The translations under genes and the position numbers were made by a program. A stretch of DNA of 64,000 nt, taken from an uncultured Alphaproteobacteria bacterium (GTDB lineage Bacteria > Pseudomonadota > Alphaproteobacteria > Acetobacterales > Acetobacteraceae). This document shows, piece after piece, positions 54,434-64,000 of the stretch. Under the pieces are notes generated by a model that was not told the DNA's origin, did not search any database, and saw only the letters and a program-made list of their open reading frames with translations. Location of the stretch: contig CAVSZN010000017.1 of the NCBI GenBank assembly GCA_963732425.1, forward strand, positions 18,974 through 82,973, in the 5' to 3' direction. Position 1 is the first letter of the stretch, and the number at the start of each line of letters is the position of its first letter.

Positions 54434-55942
54434 ATGGCAGGCTTGATCGGCACTCTGTGGGACGGTGTGACCCTTCGGCGGGAGCGCTGCGGCGCCGACC
54501 CCGACGCGCCGCCGCGCCCCATCGCTCTCCCCGCATCCTGGGATGACGGCGCCGCCGAGGCGCTGGCGGCCCTGGCCCCCGGCTCCGGCCCGGTGGTGTT
54601 CCCGACCCTCGCCGAGGGCTGGATCCGCCGCGTCACCACGCGCGGGCGGCGCCTCGGCCTGCTCGAGAGCCCGGAGGAGGCCGATGACCTCGCCGCCGCG
54701 CTGCGCGCCCTGTTGCTGGCGCGGCGCGGCGCGCCGGGCGTCGAGGTGTGGCGCGACCGCAAGGATGAGCCGCGCTTCGTGCTCAACCTGCCGGCCTTCC
54801 TCGACGCCGCGGGCGGCTTCGATGCCGCAGGCCTACGCGGCGGCGGCGGCGCTCGGCGTGCGGGTGCTCGATATCCTCGGCCATGGGCGCGCGCCGCGGC
54901 TGCGGCTCGGCTTCGCCGACCTGGCCGGGCTGCTCGCCGCCTTCCGCCTGCCCTATGACGGCGCCGAGGCGCGCGCGGTCGCCGCCGCCATCGCCGCCCT
55001 GACCCGCGGCGCGGCCGAGGCGCAGTCCGGGCGGCTGGCCGAGCGCCATGGCGCGCTGCATCCGGTCGCGCTGATCTGGCCGGAACCGCCGGCCGAGACG
55101 GCGATCCCGGGCCTCGCCGCCGCCGCGCGCGCCGCGCTCGATGCGGCGGCCGCCTCGCCCGGGCTGCGCCATGATGGCTGCGTCGCGCTGGCGCCGGCCG
55201 ATGCGGTGGAAGCCCTGCTGGGCGCCGAGACGGCCGGGCTTCGCGCCCGCCTCGGGCGCGGTGCGTCCGGCCCGCGACGGCGAGGGCCGCCTGGTGCTGC
55301 GCCCGACCCGCGCCGCGCTGCGGGCCGGCGATGTGCGCCGCCGCGCTGCTCGCCCCGCCGCCGCCCGAGTCGCGCGCGGCGATGGAAGCCGCCGTGCTGC
55401 CCTTCCTCGATGCCGCGCCGCCGGCGCCGCTGGCCGTCCCGGCCACGCCGCAGGCGCCGCGCCGCAGCGCGCCACGGCCGGTTTCGGCGCCCGCCGCGCG
55501 CACCTGGCGCGTGACGATCGACGGCGCGCGCGTCGCGCTGCGCGCCGGCGAGGACGATCATGGCCGGCTGCGCGAGATCGCCTTCAGCCTGCCGCGCGAG
55601 AGCGTCGGCGGCCGCGCGCTGCATGAGGCGCTGGCCCAGGCGGTCTCGCTCGGCCTCGGCCATGGCGTGCCGCTCGATGCCTTCGTCGATGCCTACGCCT
55701 ATGCGCCCGGGCAATGGCGGGGTGGTCGAGGGCGACGCGGCGATCCAGCGCGCCACCTCGGTGATCGACTGGGCATTCCGGCGGCTGGCGCTCGACTACC
55801 TCGGCCGCGCCGACCTGCCGGACCCGGCCGAGGAGGAAGTGCCGCTGCGCCAGCCCTGGTGGCGCAGCCGCCGCTGCTGCCGCTCGACCTGCCGGCGCAG
55901 CCATCGCCGCGACGCGGCCGGGCCTTGCGCCACGCCGCCTGA
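54434..55942 (+). CDS. internally deleted class II RNR (NrdJ) homologue with C-terminal TSCPD-like domain (frameshifted)
   Basis: LPASW, LNLPAF..FD, LRLGFADLAGLL...PYD, GLRH..ALAPAD, LRAGED.HGRLREI, AVSLGLGHGVPL, ATSVIDWAFRRLALDYLGR; no NPCxE motif. Confidence 0.8.
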
Positions 55943-55985
55943 GCGGGTGATGTCGTCGCCTCCCGTTTGGAAGGACGACAGACCC

Positions 55986-56450
55986 ATGGCCGGACGCATC
56001 GAACAGCGGCTGACCGAACTCGGCATCACCCTGCCGACGCCGGCGGCGCCGATCGCCAATTACGTGCCCTTCACGATCTCCGGCTCGCTGCTGGTGGTGT
56101 CGGGCCAGATCCCGCTGCGGGACGGCAAGGTGGCCTATACCGGCAAGCTCGGCGCAGAGGTCAGCACGAGGACGGCGTCGCTGCGGCGCGGCTGTGCTTC
56201 ATCAACCTGATGGCGCAGGTGAAGGCGGCGGCGGGCGATCTCGACCGGGTGAAGCGGGTGCTGCGCCTGGGCGGCTTCATCGCCGCGCCGGGCGTCCTTC
56301 ACCCAGCATGCGGTGGTGATGAACGGCGCCTCGGACCTGGCGGTCGAGGTGTTCGGCGATGCCGGGCGCCATGCGCGCTCGACGATCGGCGTGCCCTCCC
56401 TGCCGGCGGATGCGGCCGTCGAGGTCGAGGGCATGTTCGAACTCGGCTGA
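55986..56450 (+). CDS. RidA/YjgF family protein (frameshifted)
   Basis: LGITLP..AAPIANYVP, VSGQIP, MNGASDL..VFGDAGRHARSTIG...LPADAAVEVE. Confidence 0.92.
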
Positions 56451-56814
56451 TCGCCGGCGGCGCGGGCCGGGGCGGGTGATCGCCGCGGCCAGCCCGCATC
56501 ACGTTCCTCCATGGCGGGTGGCGCCGGGCACGCCTGCCCGGCGCTTCGGCGCGCCATGCCGCGCGCCCCGTTCCGGTCGTCGCTGCCGCGGATGTCCGTC
56601 GGAGGCCGTGCTGCGCCGCGGCCGCCTTGGAGCGACGCGAGTTCACCGCGGTCTCTACAACCTGCGCCGAAAGCATGGACACGTATTGGTTGTATTGCCC
56701 GGGGCAAATTTTGATACTGGGTTGCAGAGCGATGCGGATATTTCGATTTACCGGTTGCAAATCCTCCTCACCCATGTGTGAAATATACCGGTGATTGAAT
56801 TCGGAGGGCCGGAC

Positions 56815-57105
56815 ATGTCGGAAATTCGGTTTCGTGACGACCGGGACTACTTCTTGGCGCCGAGCAATAGCGGGTCGCAGGACGGACGCTGGGCGGTGGC
56901 CCTTGGGGTCGTGGCCATGCTGCTTGGCCTCGCGGCCGCGGCCGCGGGCGCCTTCATCGGCTTCGGCACCTCCGCCCGCTTGGTGGCGCTGCCCGCCGGG
57001 CTGCCGGCCGCCGAGCCCGAGATGGTCGCGATCTTCATGTTCGTCTGCGGCGGCATCACGATGCTCCTGGGCGTCGTGAGCATCTACAAGGCGAACGGTA
57101 ACTGA
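56815..57105 (+). CDS. small two-TM membrane protein
   Basis: GGAGG RBS; WAVALGVVAMLLGLAAAAAGAFIGFG and MVAIFMFVCGGITMLLGVVSIY. Confidence 0.65.
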   Translation: MSEIRFRDDRDYFLAPSNSGSQDGRWAVALGVVAMLLGLAAAAAGAFIGFGTSARLVALPAGLPAAEPEMVAIFMFVCGGITMLLGVVSIYKANGN

Positions 57106-57458
57106 ATTGCCGGGGCCTGGCCCCAGCGCGCTGGCCCGCTCGCCGGTCGCCGCCTGCTCGCCTGGCGGCATCCGCCTGGCGGTCGCGCACCGGGTGTGAC
57201 GATCCAGACCTGAGGGCGGCCCGCGGATGGCCGCCGGCCTGATGGGCGGCCCGGCGGCGCGCCTGTGCCGCGATGGCGTTCCGACCGCCCCGCCGCGGAC
57301 GACAAGGCTTCACGACCTGCTACGCGCGCGCGCGGCACGGCGCTGGTGCGCCGTTCGGGCCACGGTCCCGCCTCAACTCGCGCTGCCATGCCCACGGGAT
57401 GTGCCCCGCCTTGGCCGGGGTGCTTGCGCCCCGCCGTGGTCGCGCGACATTGAGGGGG

Positions 57459-58623
57459 ATGGCCGACGGACCCGCCCCGCTTTCGCTTTCCCTGCATCGG
57501 CGGATCGCCGAGATCCCCGCGGCGGAGTGGGATGCCTGCGCCGGCGGCGACAACCCCTTCGTCAGCCACGCCTTCCTGGCGGCGCTGGAGGACAGCGGCA
57601 GCGCGGTGCCGGAACGCGGCTGGCTGCCCCAGCACGCCGCCCTGCGCGACGAGGCCGGCACGCTGCTGGCCTGCGCGCCCTGCTATGCCAAGTCGCATTC
57701 CCAGGGCGAATACGTCTTCGACCATGGCTGGGCCGATGCGCTGGAACGCGCGGGCGGCCGGTATTACCCGAAATTGCAGGTCTGCGTGCCGTTCTCCCCG
57801 GTGCCCGGGCCGCGGCTGCTGGTCCGTCCGGGCGCCGAGGTGCCGCCCGGCGCGCTGGCCCAGGCGCTGACCCAGGGCTGCCAGGCGGTCGGCGCGTCAT
57901 CCGTCCATGCCACCTTCTGCACGGCGGACGAATGGACCGCGCTCGGCGAGGCCGGCTGGCTGCAGCGCCTCGGCACGCAGTTCCACTGGACCAATCCGGG
58001 CTATCGCTGCTTCGACGATTTCCTCGCCGCGCTGGCGTCGCGCAAGCGCAAGGTGCTGAAGCGGGAGACGGCGCGACGTGCAGGCCAGCGGCCTGACGCT
58101 GCGATGCCTGCGCGGCGCCGAGATCACCGAACGCCATTGGGAGGCCTTCCACCGCTTCTATCGCAGCACCACCGACAAGAAATGGGGCCGCAGCGCGTAT
58201 CTGACCAAGCGCTTCTGGCCGATGCTCGGCGACCGGCTCGGCGATGCCGTGGTGCTGATGATGGCCGAGCGCGACGGCGTGCCTGTCGCCGGCGCGCTGA
58301 ACCTGGTCGGGCGCGACGCGATCTACGGCCGCAACTGGGGGGCGACGGTGGACGTGCCCTTCCTGCATTTCGAGCTCTGCTACTACATGGCGATGGATTT
58401 CGCGATCGCGCACGGCATCGGCGCGCGTCGAGGCCGGCGCGCAGGGCGAGCACAAGATCCAGCGCGGCTACCTGCCGGTGCCGACCTATTCCGCGCATTG
58501 GATCGCGCATCGCGGCCTGTCCGGCGCGGTGGCGAATTCCTCGACCGCGAACGGCCGGCCATGCTGCGGGAGATGGAGGCCCTGGCGACGCTGTCGCCGT
58601 TTCGCCGCGACGATGAGGCCTGA
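57459..58623 (+). CDS. GNAT/FemAB-like (DUF482) protein (frameshifted)
   Basis: [68 protein letters not shown]. Confidence 0.92.
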
Positions 58624-58674
58624 TGCGACGACGCCGATAGGAGCCGGCCGCATCCCGCGATAGGCTGCCCGCCC

Positions 58675-59554
58675 GTGCGTCTCGCTTACCTGCAACTCGC
58701 CCTGTCGATGGCGCTGGTCGGCGCCAATGTCGCGGTGGCGAAGCTGCTCGCCGACACCTTGCCGATCGCCATGATCGCCTTCCTGCGCTGCGTGCTGGCG
58801 ACGGCGGTGCTGTGGCCGCTGGCGCGATGGATGGACGGGCAGGTGCGCGTGCCGCCCGACGGTGATGCGCAACCTCGCGCTGCAGGCGGTGTTCGGCACC
58901 GCCATCTACAATGCCGGGCTGCTCGCCGGGCTGCGGCTGACCACGGCGCTGGAGGGCGGGCTGGTGCTGGCCACGCTGCCGGCGGTGGTCGCCATCGGCG
59001 GCGCGGTGCTGCTGCGCGAACGCCTGCCGGCGCGCCAATGGGCCGCCGTGGCGCTGGCGGCCGGCGGCATGGCGGCGATCACCCTGGCGCGCGCCGTCGG
59101 CGGCGCCGGGGGCTCGGCGCTGGGCAACCTGCTGGTGTTCGGCGGGGTGCTGGGGGAGGCCGCCTATGTGCTGCTGGCGCGGCGCATCGCCGGGCGCGTG
59201 CCGGTGATCACCGCGAGCCTGTGGATGCAGGCCTTCTCGGCCCTGGTGCTCGCGCCCTTCGCGCTGCCGGACATCGGCGCGGCGGCGGCGCTGGCCGCAC
59301 CGTCGATCGCGGCGCTGCTGGTGTTCCATTCGCTGACGGCGAGCGTGCTGTGCCTGCTGCTCTGGTATGCCGGGCTGAAGCGCGTGCCGGCGGGCATGGC
59401 GGGGATCTTCACCGCCTTCCTGCCCGGCACCGCGGCGCTGGTGGCGGTGACGCTGCTGGGCGAGGCCTTCACCCTCACCCATGCGGCGGGCTTCGTGCTG
59501 ATGATGGGCAGCGTGGCGGTGGCGACCTGGCCGCGGCGGGGAGGGGGCGGATGA
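58675..59554 (+). CDS. DMT/EamA family transporter (frameshifted)
   Basis: Two EamA halves with many TM helices; LLRERL, LWYAGL, LLGEAF. Confidence 0.88.
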
Positions 59555-61575
59555 GGGCCTGGTTCCACTGCACCGGCGCGGCGCTGCTGGCGCGCGACCC
59601 GGCCGATACGGTCGGCCGGCTCGCCTCGGCGCAGCAGGCGCGCGGCTACCCCGGCACGCCTGGAGCAGGACTTCGCCTGGCAAGCCAGATTGCCGCGCTG
59701 CGCCGCGCGGTGGCGCGAGGCGGGCGGCGCCGCCTGGACCATCGTGCTCGAATACGACTTGCTGCGGCTGGAGAAGCGCGATCGACGCCGTGGTGCTGAC
59801 CGACCGCGCCATCTGTCGCGATCGAGTTCAAGACCGCCGCGCCCAGCAACGCCGGCAAGGCCGAGGCCGAGGATTACGCGCTCGACCTGCGCGACTTCCA
59901 CGCCGGCAGCCGCGCGCATTCGATCGTGCCGGTGCTGGTGGCCGGCGCAGCGCGGCCTTCGCGCCGCCGTCGCAACCCTGGCTGCTGCCGCCCAATCCGA
60001 CGGAGCCGCTGGTCTGCGGCCATGCCACGCTCGGTGACGCGCTGCGCTGGGTGCAGGCCGAACATGCCGCCGGCCGCCGACGCCGCTCGACGCCGCCACC
60101 TGGCTCGACAGCGCCTATCGACCGGTGCCGACGCATCGTCGAGGCGGCGACCATGCTCTATCGCTCGCAACTGGTGTCGCCGAGATCGCCAGCGCGCGCG
60201 CCGATGCGCCGAACCTGACGCGCACCGCCCGGCGCCATCGCGCGCGCGGTGGCCGCCGCCCAGGCCGAACGGCGGCAAGCGCGTCGTCTTCGTCACCGGC
60301 ATCCCCGGCGCGGGCAAGACGCTGTGCGGGCTGAACGCGGTCTTCGCGCCGGAGGCCGGCGGCCGCAGCGCCTTCCTGACCGGCAATGTGCCGCTGGTGA
60401 CCGTGCTGCGCGCGGCCCTCGCGCAGGATGCCGTCGCCCGGCGGCGAATGCAGCCGCCCCGAAGCCGAGCGCCGCGTGAAGGAGCGGCTGCAGAACGTGC
60501 ATCGCTTCCTCGAGGACAACGCCACGGACCCGGCGCGGCGCGCCCCGCCCGACCGGCTGATCGTCTTCGACGAGGCGCAGCGCGCCTGGGACGAGGCGAA
60601 GTCGCGCCTCGGCACGCGCAACAAGCCATCCCGCCTGACCATGAGCGAACCCGCGCACACGCTGGAGATCATGGGCCGGCACGATGGCTGGTCGGTGGTG
60701 GTGGCGCTGATCGGCAATGGCCAGGAGATCAACACCGGCGAGGCCGGCCTCGCCGAATGGGGCCGCGTGATCGCGGCGTCCTGCGGGCAATGGCAGGCGG
60801 TCGCGGCGCCCCGCGCCGTCACCGCGACCGACCCGGTGCAGCGGCTCGCCGACCCTGGCGCCTCCTGGCTGACCATCGATCAGGAACTCGACCTCACCGT
60901 GCCGGTGCGCAGCGTGCGGGAGGCCGCCGGCCGCCCCTGGGTCGATGCGCGTGCTGCGCGGCGAGGTGCTGGAGGCTCGCGCCATCGCCGAGGCCGCGAC
61001 CGCGCTGCCGTTCCTGCTGACGCGCGACCTCGCGGCGCTCGCGCCAATGCCTTGCGACGCCTCGCGCGCGGGCGCCGGCGCGCCGGCATCCTGGCATCCG
61101 CCGGGGCGCAGGCGGCTGCGTGGCGAGGGCCTCGGCGTGCAGCTCGACGACGTGGCCGACTGGTTCCTGCGACGCTGGCCGGACATCCGCGGGTCCGATG
61201 CGCTGGAGACCTTCGCGACGGAATATGATTGCCAGGGCCTCGAACTCGACGTCGCCGGGCTGGCCTGGGGCGGCGACCTGCTGTGGTCGCGCGGGCGGTG
61301 GCACACGCGCCGCTTCGCCGGCCAGGCCTGGCAGGAGCGCAGCAAGGATGCGCACTACGTCATCAACAAATACCGCGTGCTGCTGACACGCGCGCGCTAC
61401 GAGACGGTGATCTGGGTGCCGCGCGGCAGCGACGCGCGATGACCCGTTCCACGATGCGACACGCCAGGCCGCGGAGATGGACACGATCGCCGACTTGCTG
61501 CTCGCCTGCGGCGCCCGGCCGCTCGAGGCCGTGCCACCCGCCCCCACGCGCGCCGATGCGCCGACGCTGCTATGA
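59551..61575 (+). CDS. DUF2075 (Schlafen group 3-like) helicase with N-terminal PD-(D/E)xK-like nuclease domain (heavily frameshifted)
   Basis: EYDLLRLEKR.DAV...IEFK, EDYALDLRDFH; VTGIPGAGKTLCGL, FLTGNVPLV, IVFDEAQRAW, GNGQEINTGE, CQGLELD, NKYRVLLTRAR. Confidence 0.85.
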
Positions 61576-61583
61576 AGGTTGCC

Positions 61584-62455
61584 ATGCGCCCCCTGCTGAT
61601 CGCCCTGCTGTCGCTGCTCGCCATGCCCGTCCTCGGCGGCGAACTGAAACTGGCCACCTGGAACATCGCCTGGCTGACGACCAAGCCGGCCGGCCATCCC
61701 GACCTGCCCGCCTCGGTGCGGCCGCGCACGAATGAGGAATTCGCCCTTCTGCGCGCCTATGCCGACCGCCTCGCCGCCGATGTCGTGGCGTTGCAGGAAG
61801 TGGACGGCCCGCTCGCCGCCGCGCGCGTCTTCGACGCCACGCGCTACGATTTCCACTTCCCCGCCGAGACCGACACGCAGCGCGCCGGCTTCGCCTGGCG
61901 GCGCGGCCTGGCGCGTGACGCGCAATCCGGACCTGATGGCGCTCGACCTCGTACCCAATGCGCGCCATTCGCTGCGCCGGGGTGCCGACATCACGGTGCG
62001 CGACGGCGAAGGCCCGCCGATCCGGCTGCTCTCGGTCCATCTCGATGGCGGCTGCGCGCTGGGATCCGATCCGCCGGCCGAATTCGCGCGACTGCCAGAA
62101 CCTCGGCCGCCAGGCGGAGATCCTGCGCGACTGGATCGCCGCACGCCGGCGCGAGGGCATCGCCTTCGCCATTCTCGGCGACTTCAACCGGCGCATGGCG
62201 CGCGACGACGAATTCCTCGCCGTGCTGGACGAGGCGGCGCCGCTCAGGCGCGTCACGCACGGCTTCTCCAACCCGTGCCAGTCGCGCGATGGCCGGGCGC
62301 GGCCCTTCATCGACCACATCCTGCTCGGCGGGCCGGCGCGGGACTGGGTGGTGCGCGACAGTTTCCGCGTCCTCGTCTATGGCGAACGCGACCAGCGCAT
62401 GCGTGAACGCCTGTCCGACCATTGCCCGGTCAGCGTGCGGATCGACCCGCGCTGA
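61584..62455 (+). CDS. secreted endonuclease/exonuclease/phosphatase (EEP) family protein (frameshifted)
   Basis: Signal peptide, KLATWNIAWL, DVVALQEVD, SVHL, GDFNR, IDHI, SDHCPV. Confidence 0.9.
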
Positions 62456-63691
62456 TGGCACCCACGCCGGGTTTCGCGCGCATCACCCTGCCGCTCGCGG
62501 CGATCAATTTCCTCAACCAGGGCAACCGCGCGCTGGTGGCGACGATCGGGCCGCTGCTCGCCATCGAGTTCGGGCTGTCGGCCTCGGAACTCGGCCTGCT
62601 GGCCGCCTGCTTCTTCGGCGCCTATGCGGTGGCGCAACTGCCGATCGGCGTCGCGCTCGACCTGCATGGGCCGCGCAAGGTGCAGAGCACGCTGGCGCTG
62701 GTCGCCGCGGCAGGCTTCGCGGTCAGCGCCATCGCGCCGGGGGTCTGGGCGCTGGCGGTCGGGCGCATCATCTGCGGGCTCGGCCTGGGCGCCGGGCTGA
62801 TGGCGATGCTCAAGGCCAATACGCAATGGTACCCGAAGCACCGCGTCGCGGCGGTCACCGGGGCGGGGCTGTTCCTCGCCGGCATGGGCGGGATGACGTG
62901 CGACGGTGCCGGTGCAATGGGCGCTGCCGCTGCTCGGCTGGCGCGGCATCTTCGTGCTGCTGGCGGTGCTTTCCGTCGCCGCCTCGGTGTGGATCCGCCT
63001 CGCGGTGCCGGACCGGCCGCCGGGCGCGGTGGTGCCGCAGCGAAGGTCCCTGGTGCGGGAGATCGGCGAGTTCGGCCGCATCTTCGCCGATCGCGGCTTC
63101 CTGCGCTTCCTGCCGGCGGTGATGGTGCTCTCGGCGCTGAACTTCACCTTCCAGGGGCTGTGGGCCGGGCCGTGGCTGCGCGACGTGGGCGGGCTCGAGG
63201 CCGGGCCGCGGTCGGTGGCGCTGCTGATCTATGCGACGGGCCTCGTGACCGGCAGCCTGGTGACGGGCCAGGCGGCATCCTTCGCGCAGTCGCGCGGCTT
63301 TTCGGCGATGTTCGTGCCCTATCTCGGCATGGCCGGCGTGCTGGCGGCCCAGGTGGCGCTGGTGCTGGCGCCGTCGGGGTTCTGGCTCATCGCGGCAACG
63401 TGGTTCGTGTTCTCCTTCTGCGGGTCGGTCGGCGTGGCCGGCTACGCGGCGATGGGGCAGGGCTTCCCGCCCGAACTGCAGGGTAGGGTGGCAACCGCGA
63501 TCAACTTCGCGATGCTGGTGCTGGTCTTCATCCTGCAGACCGGGATCGGCGCCATCCTCGACCTCTGGCCGCGGCAGGCGAGCGGGGGGTGGGACCCGGC
63601 GGGCTATGGCGTGGCGCTGTCGGTGACATTCCTGTTGCAGGCGATGGCCGCGCTGTGGATCGTGCTGGCCCCGAGGGGGAAGGCTGCATGA
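62455..63691 (+). CDS. MFS transporter (frameshifted)
   Basis: QLPIGVALDLHGPRKV, FQGLWAGPWLRDV, FPPELQGRVATAIN. Confidence 0.88.
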
Positions 63692-64000
63692 TCGACAAGA
63701 ACGTCACGAAAATCCTGGACCGCTTCTGCATCACCTCGGGCAAGGGGTTCCACCTGAAGGACCTCGACCCCGGTGACACGGCTGGCCTCGACTTCGAGAA
63801 GGGCCACGCGGCGGACATGCTGCAAAGGGGTGTCGAGCGCCTCGCGGAATTGCAGGACATGCTCTACGCGCAGGATCGCTGGTCCGTGCTGTGCATCTTC
63901 CAGGCGATGGATGCGGCGGGCAAGGACGGGGCGATCAAGCACGTCTTCTCCGGCGTCAATCCGCAGGGCTGCCAGGTGCATTCCTACAAGGCGCCGAATT
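63688..64000 (+). CDS. ppk2: polyphosphate kinase 2 family, class III-like (truncated by window end)
   Basis: LQDMLYAQDRWSVLCIFQAMDAAGKDGAIKHVFSGVNPQGCQVHSYKAP. Confidence 0.93.
   Translation, partial: MIDKNVTKILDRFCITSGKGFHLKDLDPGDTAGLDFEKGHAADMLQRGVERLAELQDMLYAQDRWSVLCIFQAMDAAGKDGAIKHVFSGVNPQGCQVHSYKAPN

Overview
This is a very GC-rich alphaproteobacterial chromosomal segment. Gene content and order suggest Acetobacteraceae, Roseomonas-like (inference). Many genes, including essential ones such as purA, nrdA, nrdB and ispB, are split by single-base indels. This looks like unpolished long-read error, so the gene models below are stitched by eye across frames, and all product calls rest on recalled motifs, not database searches. 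Most of the window is housekeeping: hisZ-purA, an ABC-F ATPase, class I ribonucleotide reductase (RNR), SCO, ispB, glycosyltransferases with an O-antigen ligase, a class III aminotransferase, a BisC-like Mo-enzyme, PhoX, pyrE plus a peptide ABC transporter, a TsdA-like cytochrome, a Mn/Zn metal locus, NDUFA12-mlaD, RidA and a GNAT-DMT-DUF2075-EEP-MFS-PPK2 run. The best candidate for an undescribed system is at about 47.2-51.3 kb. It has a 60-aa Pro-rich ORF carrying two copies of [E/D]AGxLRLGGLSPxF, then a strong hairpin and a co-oriented DUF6065-like gene. Next to these are a catalytically degenerate JAB/RadC-like protein and a SARP-type wHTH/TPR regulator, which suggests a RiPP-like or peptide-signalling cassette. 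Other highlights are a core-deleted, apparently dead NrdJ homologue that still has NrdR-like boxes, a pseudo-PhoX in tandem with intact PhoX, nested MntR/MerR metal divergons, a LexA-type box at nrdA, REP-like elements and a 73-bp structured tandem repeat. I saw no rRNA, tRNA, CRISPR array or transposase.
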